From: Geosiphon pyriformis uo1
Lineage: Eukaryota; Fungi; Glomeromycota
Direction: 5' to 3'
Assembly (NCBI GenBank): GCA_016748015.1
Contig: JAAOMT010000480.1
Span: forward strand, 868,001 to 932,000
DNA: 64,000 bases
Position numbers and translations under genes: made by a program. A model generated the notes under the pieces. It did not search any database. It was given only the letters and a program-made list of their open reading frames with translations, and was not told where the DNA came from. Below are positions 13,051 through 27,900 of the stretch, in pieces (the stretch's first letter is position 1; every line of letters starts with the position of its first letter).

Positions 13051-15329
13051 ACAACAATTGTTATTAATTATATTTTAACTAAGAATACAAATTTTATTAA
13101 TCAAATATGAAAATATTTTGTAAGATTTGAAACTAATTATTATAATCAAACTTAATTTATAAACAAAAAATTTGAATTATGCAAATTAGATATATAAATA
13201 TCAAAAAATTAAAAAAAAACAAAAAAAATAATCTAAATATGGACTTTTTAAATAAAGTCTTAAAACTTTTACAATAATTATTTAAAGCAATTCAACAATC
13301 TACAATACCAATAAAAATCATAATTAATAAAAAAAAATACAATACAAAAATACAACAGAAAAAAAAGAAACAAAAGTTTAACTAAAACTAAATATTTCTA
13401 GCTTTATATAAAATCAAAAAAGAAAAAAAAAGATACAAAATACCAGAACAATAAAAAAAATCAAAAAAACTTTAAACAACTTAATTATAAAACCAATTAC
13501 TAAAAAATAGATACCAAAAATTTTCACAAGATAGAAAAAAAACTTTTATTAATATATTAGTTTTTTAAAATTGAAAAAAAATTAAATCTACAAATATTAT
13601 ATATAAATAATAACAAATAAATATTTAACAAAAAAACTTCTTAACAAGTAAAAAAATTTGTTGAAAAAACAATCTAATATAATATTACAAAATAATATAT
13701 TAATTATACTTAATATTTAAATACTGTTTAGTCATATTATTAAATAGTAATTTAAAGATAATTATAATAAATAACATTAAACAAATGACAAAATTTTAAT
13801 TTAAAGCATTACAAAAAACAATATTTAATACAATATTAAATATTATATAGAAAAAACAATTTTTAAAAATACATATAATTTTACAAAAGCTCAATTTTAA
13901 AAAAAAAATTATTGTTCTAATAAAAAAAATAAAAAAAATAATTAAAAAAATATAATTATTATCTAAAACATAAAATAATATAAAATAAGAAATAATGTGA
14001 AATAACATAAAATAATACAAAATAACATAAAAAAGCACAAAATAATTAATAATAACTAAAGATAACTAATTATAATATAAAAAAATAAAACAATAACTAA
14101 AATAGTAAATAATAGTTAATAATAGCAAACAATTAAAAATAATTTTATAAAACTAAAAATTATGTATAAAAACAAATAGTTTTAACAAATAAAAAACAAA
14201 CAAACAAAAATTAAAATTAGTCTTAGAAAAATTTTTTTTCTTATTGTTTATATTTTTAGTTTACAAAATAAAATTTAAAACTCTATATATTTATAATTAA
14301 AATTATTTAATTGTTAAGATCTGATTAATTGTTTTTATTTATTTTTGTTTTAAACCAGATTTAATTAGCATAAATATTTTTAGAATCATAATAATTTAAA
14401 TCAATTGCTTTTAATTACAGCAATTAATAAAATATTAATTTCTTTAAATTTCTTTTATTTTTTTTTTATTTTTTATTTTAGAGTAACAATATTAATAATT
14501 AACTGTCTAAAAATATACTTTATAATACTCTAATAAAAAAAAACTTTTATTAAGTTTAAATATTAACTTTGTTTTGTTAACTTACTAAAAAAGTACAAAA
14601 TCACTGCTAGACTTTAATAACTGTACTTAACTAGCTTAAAAAAAAATACAATTACAATAATATAACTATGAAAACACTATTTTTGTGTTTTATTACCAAA
14701 AAACACAATAAATAAAACTTCAAATTAAAAAATCTTTAAAAATTAATAATTAGTTTAATTAATAAAATTAATTTATATATATTTAACTGATTTTTATTTT
14801 CTAATTATAAGTGCCAAATATTATGTTTATTAGTAAAAATAAATAAATAAGAAGTTTAAATCGTATTTATTAAAAAAATTTTAGATTTTTGAAGTTAACT
14901 TTTCGATTTTTCTGAAATAAACAGATAATTTTTTATTAATTGTTTTTAAACTTAAAAGATAATATTATAGTAAAAACATAATTAGACAAAATTAAATATT
15001 AATTAAAAAGTAATAAAATCTTAAAATTTTTCTAAAAAATTGTAAATTAATTAGTTAAAATAATTATTTAATATATAATTAATTCAATTTTAAATAACTA
15101 AAATTGGTTTTTAAATTTCAATATTATTATAAATTTTTTAATTAAATTAATTAAAATTTTTTCTTTTTTTATTAAATACATATTTTTTAATTTTTTTAAT
15201 ATAAATTTTAATTTATTTTAAATATTAACTAAAATAAGCTGTAGAATTTTTACAAAAAACAAAAAATAGCTTAAACAATTTTTTTTTGGTTTAATTATAT
15301 ATGTTTTTTTATTTGTTTTATAAATACAG

Positions 15330-18300
15330 CTCAATCATTATCTAATATACAGAAACAAACTAAGTATATTAAACTAAATATAACTTATGCACTTATTACA
15401 TATGACTGGCTACTTGGATCAATTAAAACCATACTACATACTTATATTGATTTTCAACCTATTATACAAATTTAAAAAAAACAAACAAGTCTTGTATAAT
15501 TCAAAACTACCAGCAAACAATTCAATAATTTTAAGCAAATAAATTACTTTTGTTAAGAAAAAACTAAACAGATCACCATATGCCTTAAGCAAAATTTTTA
15601 TGTTCTTTACTATATCTCTCTTTTTTATATCAATTTTATACTTAAACCTAAAATTTTACAATCTATTACAATGTTTATGAACCAGATGCCAGACAAAATT
15701 AGTCATCACTATTATAATCTTCTTTTTATTTTTAAATTTAAAAGCAGCTTTATTAACACAATTTCTAAAAACAAATCTTTTACATAAAATCTTATAAACA
15801 CTAATATTTAATGTTTTTAATAAAAAAGTATATAATACTGAAAAAATCAGTAAAAAACAAAATCTTACAAAAGATATCCACAATTTAAAATAATCTAACA
15901 AAATCTTAAAGCACACAAAAATGTTTTTTGAATAGGTAAAAACATGATCAAGCAGTTTGACATTACCACAAAACAAACATAATACATTTGACTACTTCTT
16001 GTTATAAAGTTTTTTTCTGATTGTAATTAACAATTTTTTATGAACTGCTTTTATTAAATATGTACAGAAGGCTGCTAAAAGTCTGCTAATATAATTAAAA
16101 AGCATATAAAAATTAGTATATTATACTAAAGCAATACAATACCAATTAATAGTCTGAATAAAAAAATCTCACAAAATCCTCATACTCAAACCTACTTTCC
16201 ATTAAACATAATTAACTGTCTGATATATATTGTAAACAAAATACCAAACATTGCCTAAAATAACTAAACCATCTGTTAATATAAACTTTTTATGTATATT
16301 AATAGATAAAAAAATACAAAACTGAGTCACAATACTTGCAAAACTATCAGCTCTATTATTGTTAGCATTTTTTAAATGGCTTTTAATTTTTACTTATTTA
16401 ACAAAAATATCTTTGGATTTAATTAAGTTTGCTATATATCATTTTTCAATTCAGCATTTATTTTAAAAATTAAATACAAGCAACACAAACTTTGATATAC
16501 ATATATCTATAATAACTTGGCTGTTAGTATGCAAAACCACTAAACAAGAAAAGAAAACACATTCTAGAGCCAAAATAATAGTCTGTAATTCTAACAAAAT
16601 TGATGACAATAAGTCAGAAATTCTTACATCTAAATTCACTTTAATCTTAGAAAAATATATTGCTGCTCTACTTACCATATTAATAGTATTCAGATTATAC
16701 AAAGAACTATTAGTGTAAACATTAATTTTCTCTGTTCAAAATTTGTGTAAATGCTTCCAAACATTTAAAAATTCACTCAAACCATAAAAATTTAAACAGC
16801 CAAAATTAAAGCCATACTTTACAAGTTTGATAGAAAGATTGTTTATATAAACAGCAGCTTTTACAAATCATATTGGCATTGAGTTTTTTGTACTTAGTCT
16901 CTTCCAATGATAAAAAATTTTTCTATTCATCATTAAGCCATGTTTGTTTAGTAGTCTATTATTAAAAGCAACACCAAGTCACTTTAAAAAACAAATTACA
17001 TTAAAGTAATATAAACTATCTAGAATTTTTAATATATAAAAATAACTAAAAAAATAGAAAACACAAAATAATTCATTTGCCAAAGAAATATTGTTATCCA
17101 AAAAAATTCGTACCATATCTGTTAAAAATTTGTTTACAAGACTGACTTTTAATTTGACAAAAAATTTTAGTAAGTTTTTTGGCACCTAATCTGCAATTTG
17201 TAAATCCAGAAACCAGTATACAAATAGACAGCCAAGAATTTTTACTGCATTAGAAAACTAAATTAATAAAGCTATTTTGCTTTCTGTTTATAGCTGTTCA
17301 AAAAATTTCAGCTTATATAATAATAGATAATACAAAGTCTTATTAGAAAAGTTTTTCAATAAATTAGCTTTTGATCTAAGCCTCTTTTTAATTATACCAT
17401 TTCACTTTTAATATACACTTTTAGACACAAAATTAAACTGTATTTAATAATTAATAATAAGCTATAAAACTATTAAAACTAGGTAAAAAAATTGTTTATC
17501 TGACAAAGTTTTTCTGAGTACCATGTTTGAAAAAAATATAATATCTAAATATGTTTTGATAAAATTTAACTTAAACATATCCTCTATTGACAAAAAAATT
17601 TCTAAATATTTGTGAGATTTTTTATGCTTAACAATAGAAATAAATTGGCTGCCAATGTGTAATAAAGCAATTATAACTCTTTGGTTTATGGGAATTATAA
17701 CTGTTTTTTTATTGTTAATGCTAATGTTATTAATTTAAAAAACTGATCAGCCAAGTCCAAAATATATTGCATCAAAGTCTGATTATTTTTTATTTAAATT
17801 GTGTTGTCTATAAAAATATCTGCTGTAAAGAAAAAAGTTTTCTCTTTACTGATTTTTATTCTATTTGTCTTAGCTATAAAATTGGTATTAATCTAATATC
17901 TATATAAATGCTCTTGATACTTAACTTCACACAATAAAAGTTTATAAAAAATTCTTCAAAAAAGTAGTGAAAAAACTTTACTCTAATCCAGTTTATTATA
18001 TATTCTATAATTATTTGAAAAATTAAAATCTGTTATTACTTTGTTAATTCTGTTTTTATAAATGTTTTCAAAAAAGTTAATGAATCTGTTACACATTTTA
18101 ACATATTTTAAACTAGTTTTTAAATAATACTATCCAGCCAAATTATAAGCTTTATGTATGTTCTATAGTATTAATTAAAGCTCTTGTTTTTTTTCTAAAA
18201 TATTTTTTATAATAAAACTGACAACAAATACTAAGAATTGAGTTGAAGTACTTTTTAAAACTAAAAAATTATTACTGTAAAGAACATTAAACTTGCTACA

Positions 18301-21300
18301 AGCAGATAAGATACAATTTAATAGAATTTTAAACAAAATTTTTTTGACAGTTTTAATTAGTACTATGGATCATGTATTAATCAAAATATTATTTCAATTA
18401 TATAACTTAGAAATCATTAAAATCCATACTTTTTTCTAAAAAACAGAGATTTCTCTAAGAGTTAAATAGGCATTTAACAGAACCAAAAGACAATTTATTA
18501 CTATATTATTACAATGTTTTCAAAGTTCATTAATTATACTAGATAAATCTGTAGCTTTGTTATTAAGCAAACTGCTAATTACTGAAACCAAATCTACTTT
18601 GTTAATAGTATTTATTATGCCAAAAAAGATATTCTTATTCATATATGCTAAAAATGCATATTAATAAGTCCACAAATCAAGCAGGATTAAAAAAATCTCA
18701 TGTTTTTTTATTTAATCTTCCATAATTTTATTAATCTTATGTTTTACCTCATTTGGCTCTAAAATTAATTCTTCTTTAATTATCAAATAATTTAAAACTA
18801 TCTTTCAAAATAGCTGCTCTAAAATATTTTTAATCATTTTATCTTTATTAGAATTAAAATTTTTTATTTTTTTATCAATTATGTTTTTAATTGTAGTTGT
18901 CTTTTTAGTTTCAGATTCCTAATACTTGAATTCCCAATATATTTTTTTTAATTTTGATAAATAAAGAAAAATCTTTTTATTCTTAGCTTTATATTCAACC
19001 AAAAAAAACAGACTAATTAAACCAATAGTATTTAATTTTGACCAAATCTGTTTAAGATAATTAAACTTAACAATATTCTTAGAAAAAAAGGCTTTAACCA
19101 GTTTTAAAACCAAAACTTTCAATTTGTAATATCTAAAGAATTGCTTATCTTTAAAATTATTAAACTTTTTAAACCAATTCTTAAAGAATATTTTGTCTGT
19201 TAACTTAATTATAACTGATCTTACAAGATTTCATATTATATTTAATTTTTTTTTTTTTATAACTTAAAATTCAATTAAGACATCTTAATTAATAAACATT
19301 TCTTGAATTAAACTTATTTTAAAAAATCAGCATTTTTAACATCAAACTTTCATTAATTTTTTTTGGCATTTTTTTAAATAGTATTCAAATTTTTATTCAA
19401 AAGATTACCCAAATTGAGAAAAACTATAATAATTAAATGATTAGTATTTAAGAAATCAGAAACATTACTAATCTTGTATTTGACTACCACTTTTAAAAAG
19501 TGTTTACTAACCAAAATATAATTAATAATTTTTTTAATGCTTTTTAAATTACTTTATATTAAGAGCTTAGCAACTATATTATCTAATATAGAATTATACT
19601 AATCTAAATTAAGACATTTCTTTAAGCTTGCATATTGCTTCATTTTATTTTTATTAAAATCATTATCCAATACCACATAAGAACTTGTATTGATTGTTTT
19701 AACAATACACAAATTTATTTTATCAGCTTGATCAAAACACATTTTAGCAAAAATACTTATATATAGATCCAAAATAGTCATTGAAATTTTTTTGCTAAAC
19801 AACAAACAAAGTAAAAAGAAATAATTAAAGATTTTAGAAATCTTATACACATGTCAAGCAAAAAACTCATTTATTACTATTATTATTTCCAAACCCAGAT
19901 AACTAGTGTTTAAACCAAATACAAAAATTTTTAAGCTTATAAATTTGTCTTTAATCCAAGATCTAATATGCTTTTTTAATTTTATTTTAGTAATTATTGA
20001 TATTAAATTTCTAGAATTTTTGTGTTATTTAATAATATTATTTTGCTTGGCCAAATTGTTTATTCTTTTGACATTGTATATTGCAATCTTCCAAATATAA
20101 TCAGTTATTAGAATAAAAGAGGCAATATAGAACTCATGTCAAAACACAACTAATTTAATCTTGTTAAAACTGAATTAACAGAAATCTTAAGGGCCACTAT
20201 TTTTGATTTTAGATTATCTACTTTGATGGTTAAAACTTTAAAACTGCTTGGATTTATCATTGGAGCTTCAGCTTTTGCTAAAGAAAAAAAAACAATGTTT
20301 ATAAGATATCCAAAATTATATTCAAAGTTGATAATAACTCTAAAACCATTAAATTTGCCAAAGTAAAAACAAGTGAAAAAGAAACCAAGAGCACCAAATC
20401 TAAACTGCTAAATTTATGCACAATACTAGATATTTGATTAAACAAAAGCTTCAAAGAACATTCCAAAAAATCCAAATAATTACTAATTGTAGAAATATCT
20501 TGGAAATCAAAAATTTTATTGTCAGAAAAAAGAGCACTAAAAAGAGAAAGTTTGGAGACAGATGTTGAAAACACTACTTGAACTCAAAACAGATTATCAA
20601 AAACAACAGATTAAAAGATAGGCATCTTTTTTTTCACATAAAGATAAACAAACTAAAAGCAATTTTAATCTGAAACAAATCTTTTATAAATCTTTTTCTA
20701 CACTAAAGCTGAAGAGCCAAAAAGTTATATTTAAGAGAAAAATATTCAAAATACCCATATTTTACACAATAAACCAAATTTATTTTAGCTTAAAAGAATT
20801 TTATACTACCTAAAATTAGCTCTATATAAAAGGCAGATTCAAGTTTTTTATTTGACTTAAAGTCAATTACAGCACAACAAGTTTTATTGTTAGTTTTAAG
20901 TAATTGATTAATAATATAAGTTTTTCTACCAGTACTTTCCAAAAGAGCATTAAGATTATAAGCTGTTGTTTTTACTGACAAAGTAAACAAAAGTGCTTTA
21001 AAACAATTTCTTAACATTTAAATCTTATGATTTCTTATAGTTTTGGCTATGTACACCAAATTTTTCTCAATCAAAAATGAATATTTTTCTGTCAACTAAT
21101 CTGCTTGCTCCAATTTGATAAACTCAACTATAGCTTTCTGTTATAGTCTAATTAATTACAATTACTTAATTTGTTTAAATTCAAATATTGTGTTTATAAA
21201 ATTTTTTTTGATTATTATAGTTTGATCTGAATACACTCTTTGTTTTTTGACATTGTTGTTTATAATAATTTTTTTGTTTTTAGTCAATAATACAGTCTTT

Positions 21301-21990
21301 TTTATACTTTTTTTAAATATAAATATCAATCAGATAATCTTTTCAAATTTTGAAGAAGTAGTAACTTCTCTAAAACTATTGATTAATGAAAAAATTTTTC
21401 TAATAAGCTAAGTCTTTGCTGTTGCCAATTTTCTTTCCATAGCTGAAAGATTAATGTCCAATGTGAAAAATTTTTTAACTGCTATTTTAACATAGGTTTT
21501 TATTATCTTAAAATCAATTCATCTTTTTTAAAGGAAATATTAAGAGAAAAAAAGAAGTTTTTTATTTTTATTTATGTTATAATCAATTAAATTAATAAAA
21601 AAATCACAAATCAGACTAATATTTACTCTCTTAGCTTTAAGGGTATTTGCTGCCAAATCAAAAAAAAAGCCATTATCAACATTCAAAGAGATACTATCAT
21701 TTTCACTATTACTAGATTTATTATCTATGTCTAAAAATACATTATTACCAGTATTAAATTTGACTAAAAAAATAATCTTTTCATTACCAAAATGCTTTAT
21801 ATTATTAACAGACATCTTTTTTTTTGGAAAAAAAAACTTTTTTAGGTGCTTTTTTTTAAATTTATTACAAAGGAATTATTTGTTTGAAAAATGTTTGCAA
21901 GAGAATAACAAAAAAAAATAAAAAACTTTTTTTCAAAAATTTGCTCTTTGAAAAATTTGGAACATAGAAGAGAAAGAAGTTTTTTTTATG
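15330..21990 (-). mobile_element. Degenerate non-LTR retrotransposon (LINE): ORF1 + ORF2 with APE endonuclease, RT, RNase H and C-terminal Cys/His motif
   Basis: Minus-strand remnants: IWKIAIYNVKRINN (APE start, ~20090), FLNTNH (DTDH, ~19445), IFIDNTI (FVDD, ~17805), RNase H VYTNSS...LELQTIILAL...HTNSQ (16460-16720), CLFCGNVKLLDHVF (~15970). ORF1 fragments span 20150-21900. Boundaries are approximate. Confidence 0.85.
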
Positions 21991-21999
21991 CTTTATTAG

Positions 22000-24900
22000 A
22001 ATTATTTTAAAATATTTTAATTATATTTTTAGTATAATTAACATTAATTATTTTTTATTATTAATTTCTTAAATTTAAGCAATTAAAAAATTAATTAATT
22101 TAATTTTCAAAGCAATTTTTAAAGCAATAAATTTTTTAATTTGAAAAAAAAATTATATAGTATTTTTACCAAAAAAAGTAAGAATTGTAACAAATTTTAA
22201 AATTTTATTTACAATATTTTAAAAAATTTAATTGTATAAAAAAGTTAAATATTGTTTTAATAGTTATTTTAATACTTATAAAATTATATAAAAAATAAAA
22301 TACAGTTTTAATATAACTTAATCTTAAAAAATATTAAATATTAAAATAAAAGTTATTTATTTAATAATTAATGTTTAATTTTCTTTTAATTGCATATATA
22401 ATATATATATAAAGATAACAGCAATAGAACTAACAAAAAAGCAATCAGATACAAAATAAATAAAAGTCATTATTTGTGTACAAAAAAAAGAACAATTACA
22501 TATTAATAATTATAATCAATATACAAGAAAAACATTTTGCTATATAGATATATACTGAAAAGACTTGACAAGTCAAATAGCAAAATTTGCAGTTAAAAAA
22601 TACCATTTAAATTGCCAGGTTCCTGATTCAGTTTTATAATTAGTTGATATTTAATAAATTAGTTAATTTAGTATTACACTAAAAAACTGGTGTTATAATT
22701 AGAGAAAGTTTAATTAATATATTATTCTTAAATTAGCCAATTAGCAATGATTATGACTATATATGTTGATCATATATAAGTGACCAAATTATTAGTTTAA
22801 TAGTAAAATTGTTCAACTTTAAATCACTACTGTTTTATTAAAAATTATTTTACGGAAAATTTGAAAACATAATATTGTTTAATTTAAATATCTTTATTAT
22901 TCTATGATTAAATTTGGTGTTTATTTTTTTTTGAGCAAGTAGTAATTTGAATTTTATTAAGTTTAGTAATTGAAATTAAGTTGTACACAATATGTTAATA
23001 AAGCTAATAATATTTTCAAAAAAACTATTTTAGTTTTTATATTATTAATTCAGCTTTTAAGTTAGTTATTTTACAATTTTAATTAAATAAAAATATATAT
23101 TAAAACATAATTTATTTTGTATTTGCAACAAAAAATAATCTTTTAAAAATAATAATATTAAATAATATAACCAAATATTAATTGATATTTATTTTAATAA
23201 ATATGTTATTATTATTATTATTAAATTAGAAAAATATTTTTATAAGAATACAAAATAAGTAGTTCTAAAAAAATTAAATGATTGGTTTTTAATATATTAT
23301 TTAAAAAACTTAAATTTAAAATAACTTTTATTTAAAAAATAAATTTTTTTAAAACAATTAAAAATTTGTTTTGTATTTGTAATATTTTGTTTAATTATTT
23401 TTATTATTATAAAAAAGTTAAAATTACTTTTTTTTACTTTTTATTTTAATTTAAATTATAAAATTATATAATAATTTTTATTTTAATACAAATAGTTTAG
23501 AATTTAAAAATCTATAAAAAACAGTTTTATGTTTTATATTTGTTTGATTATAGTTTTTATGTTTATTTTAATATTAAAATAATATTATATACTATAATTT
23601 TATTGTTATTTTAGCAAAATATTATTTAAAAATCTTATATATAGTCATAATTTATGTATTTTTTACATATAATTAACTATTTAACCAATTTAAATTAAAT
23701 TAAATTTACAAAAGCAAATTTATTTAATACAACTATTTTTTACATAATTATAACTAAATTATTATTAATAATAACTAATTTAATTAATTATATAGCAATT
23801 TTATTTGTATTTAACTTTATATTAAAAATTTAAACCTCTTAAAAAATCACTATTTTAACCAAATTTTTCTTATTTAATAGAAAAATTTAAATTAGTATTA
23901 AATATATTATTATTAAATAAACTATTAATATTTTATTCTACTTTAAAATTTATAATTTTTTACTTAAATTTTTAATAACTTTTTTAAAAATATTAATATT
24001 TTTCTTAATTATAAAACTTTTTTAATCTTAATATTCAAAAAACACATATTAATCTTGTAATTAAAGCAATCAAAAAACTAATAATAATAAACTTAATTAA
24101 CAAAATAAATTTAACCAATTTAAATTCCAAAAAATTAATCTAAAATTTATTATAAAATTAATATTAATAATAAAAAAAGCCAAAAAACCAATAATTTTTA
24201 TATATAATTTTATATTAGTAATATAATTTATAAAAATTTTAAATTAATAATAAGTTTTATTAAAATTTTAAAAAAAATAAGTATATAAATTTTTTAATTT
24301 AAAGTTAAATAATTTAAATCTTAATATTTAAAACAATATTAATAAATATTATTATGATTTGATTAATAAGCTAATAGATAACAAAAATCATAGTATTATA
24401 TAATAATAAAATAATCAAAAAAAATTCAACTTTAATAAATAAATTAAATTAGTAAAAATTCAATATATAAAATTAATTTTATAAATATTTTAGTTGCTAT
24501 TTTTTTCAAAAAGACAACAAAAAATCTAAAAATAGAAGAATAATTATACTATTAACAAAAAAATATATTAATATAATTTTATGTTTTATATTAGCACTTT
24601 TAGAATTTAATATTAAGTATTAATTATACTTTTCAATAAATATTTATTTAATATACTTTACAAAAATTAATAATTACAAAATTAATAAAAAATAATAATA
24701 ATAAAAAAGAAATAAAAAAGTTAATATTGTATTAATTTAAGTATAATTTAAATATAAATGTTTTTTTATAACTTTTAAAGAGTTTTATTTATATACTTTA
24801 AAAAATATTAATGATTAAGTCAATAATCAAGTTAATAATTATATTAATAATTAATTTTATAAATAAAATAGCTAACTAATAATATTAATATAATTAATTA

Positions 24901-27900
24901 TGGTTAAGTAAATAAATAAAAAATAAAAAGTAAAAAATTTAATCATAATAATATAATTTTTTCTTAAAATACCAGTTTTAATAACAAAAATATTTAAATT
25001 TTTACAAAACCAAAAGTAATAATAATTTATTTTAATAATTAAACAAAATAAAAAAATAAAAAAATAAAACAAGTATAATTATATATTTAAGAAACCAGCT
25101 TATTAATTTTAAAATAGTATAATCAAATAAAAAATTTATTAATTTGGTTTTTTAAAATAATAATTTTTTTTAATTCAAAATAAAAAAAATAATTAACAAG
25201 TTAAAACAATATTTAAAAACATATATAACTTAAAATAAATAATGTTATATTATTATTAATTAGTAAATTTCAACTTAATATTAGAAATTTTGTTAAAAAT
25301 ATTCATAATATTTTATAATAACTTAAAACACAAATTTTAATAAAAAGTCTAATATTGTTTTTAATAACTAAAAAAATTAAAACTATTTATTTAAAAAAAG
25401 TTCAAAAATGTTTTAATTTCTATTTAATTAACTTAATTTTTAAGATTACAATAATTTAATAGATTAATTATTTAAAGTTATATAAAGGAATATGATTTGT
25501 TTAACTTTTAAAATTGGTAATAATTAATTAAAATTTAATGTATTATAAAACAAAATCAAATATTAATTTAATATAAATTTGATAAATATGCTTCTGTTAT
25601 TATTGTTTAAAACAAACAATTAAATATTATTTATAGTTATAATAAAACTAAGTATTATGGTTAATGTTAATTTTATAAAACTAATAAAAAAACAAAAAAA
25701 CCAAAGATTTATTTTTCAAAAAAGAAGTTAGCTTTAATACAACTAAAATATTATTAAAAATATTAAAAAACTTTACAATTAATTTAAAAAAAAATTGTTT
25801 TTTTATTATTTGAACAGCTAAAGAAAATAAAAAAATAATAATTAAAGTATTAATGTAAAATTAAAAATTTTGGAGCTTTTTAAGATAACAATAACTATAT
25901 TAAAACTATTTTAAATGTATTGCTTTAATAAAACTTTAAAAAAAAAAACTTCTATTTAAAGCCAAAAAAGCTTTTAAAAATCAACAAAAAACTAATTTAC
26001 TATAATATTATTTTAAAAAAATGCTTTTATAAAGTATTATTGACTAGTTTTTACAATTATAAATGTATTTTTAATAAAAATATCATAACTTTAAGTACTA
26101 TGATGTTTGCAGCTTTTTTACTCTTTGCTTTAAATGTAATCATAAAAACAAAAAAAAACAAAAATGTATATACTATAATACAATATATTAATTAGTTTAG
26201 GATAAACATTTTTAAATTAAAAACAATTAAAATATAATTAGAATATAAAAATAATTTTTTTGTTTAATTTTAAAGTTTATAATATAATAATTTATTAAGT
26301 GTATTGTTATAAAAAATTTAACTTTTTCGGAAAATTTTTAAAGCATATTAACATTTTTAATTGCAATTTTTTTCTTTTTAATATATTAATTAACCAAATT
26401 TTGATAAAATTTTTTTTTTACAAATGAAACAAAAAGTATTGTATTTTAGTTTTTTTATATTCAAATTATTGTTTGTAAAAAGTTTTATAATAATTAAAAG
26501 CGTAATTTCTATAATTTTTTAAATATAACTAAATTTTTATAAATAATAATTGTTTATTGGAATTATTATTACAAAAATACAGGTTTTTTTTGGTTTTAAT
26601 TAGTGCAATCAAATTTATTAATTTATTATGATTATTAATTTGTGATCACCAACCATTCTCGAACGACCCAATTGTTGTACATTAAATGTGGATTGCGCAC
26701 CAACGACTAATTTATAATAGTAATTAATATTTTTGTATTTAAAGTTTAAAAAATTTTGTTTATTTTATCTGTTTATAAATTTAATATTATATATATAGTT
26801 TTATAATAAGTTATCTTTAATTTTTGGAGTTTTTTATTAAAATGAATATGGGTATTTAAAAATCAATTATTAATAATTAAAACTTGATAAAAAGCCTTTA
26901 TAACAGAAATATTAATTAAAATAATAATTTTTCAGCAATTAAAGTTTTTTTCATGCTATTTGATGTAAAAATAACAGTTTGGACTGCTTTATAAATATTT
27001 TGGCTAAGTTATTGTATTATTTGATAAGCAATAATATTTTTAATTGAATTATTGTTTAATTTTTTTTGGCCTAAAATTAAGCAAAAATAGAAATTTATTA
27101 TTTCAAATTCAAAAATAAATATAAAAAAAATTTGCGTTTATTGTTATTTTGTTAATAAATAATAATTTTGATTATTGTTATGTTGCAACTTTATTTCCTA
27201 AAAGTGCATTTAATAAAGATTCTGCTTTTTAATATAAATATAAATTGGTTTTGTTGTACGAATTTTTTGTTGGTTGATAAAATAAATTTAAATAAATTAA
27301 TAATAATAATATTGGTAAATAATAAAACTAGTATTAAGATAAATAATATTAAAATATTGGGTAAAAAATTGTAATTATTGGGTTGAAAGCTTTAGCTTTA
27401 GTTTATTTATTATTTTTGATGATTTTAATAACATGATTAATTCATTTTTAAAATTAGTTTTTGTAAAATCTTTGAGTTTTGATATATAGTATTAAATAAT
27501 TATACATATATTTTTGAATTATTATTTAAATAGTTAAGTAAATTGCAATTGGTATTAAAAATTCTAATAAGTATTTGTTGTGATTAAAATCCTCAATTTT
27601 TAAAAAACAATTCATAAGTAATTTTAAAATTAAAACTTATTAAAGTAAAAAAATAATGAAATAAAAAGTGGTTTCTGGCTTGAATATATAGTTGCTTCAG
27701 TATTAGCTTTGGTAAAGTGAATATTAGCTGAATTATTAAAAGTTAAGTAATTTTTTGTTTTTTGAAAAATGTTATCTTCAATTTTGAATTTAATTTAAAA
27801 GGTAACAAATTTTGCAATGTTTTTGAAAATTGTAGTCAAGTTTCTGAAAAGAATTGGAAAATTTATTTTTGTTAATGTTTAAATTTTTTTGTTAAGAAAA

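Larger units (their letters stand above)
1..14800 (+). mobile_element. Old, heavily degenerate Ty3/Gypsy LTR retrotransposon, host of two nested insertions; 3' boundary approximate
   Basis: The window opens with ...TGTAACA (possible LTR end at 14) followed by TTTAGTGCTTG (possible decayed PBS). Degenerate translations: gag 880-1245 and 2124-2260 (LIRLQNQFSIIKQ; ILNQL..KSNILQFI); protease ~9030 (KLILNNR from KLILDSG); RT ~10490-11300 (ICFCVNY*KLN, LDLASKY*Q, KTAFT, VIYLDN); RNase H ~11450-11830; integrase ~12050-13050 (FNRIRINLVRL, LSNQETYF, YYL*TNKLIKQF). The order PR-RT-RNH-IN indicates Gypsy. Confidence 0.88.

Noticed and set aside
22397-22830. Possible solo LTR of another family
   Set aside because: Slightly higher GC and LTR-like ends, but no second copy or convincing TSD in the window.
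13796-27374. Small F/I/L/K/N-rich ORFs in the AT desert
   Set aside because: Compositional artefacts or fragments of decayed LINE ORFs, not independent genes.
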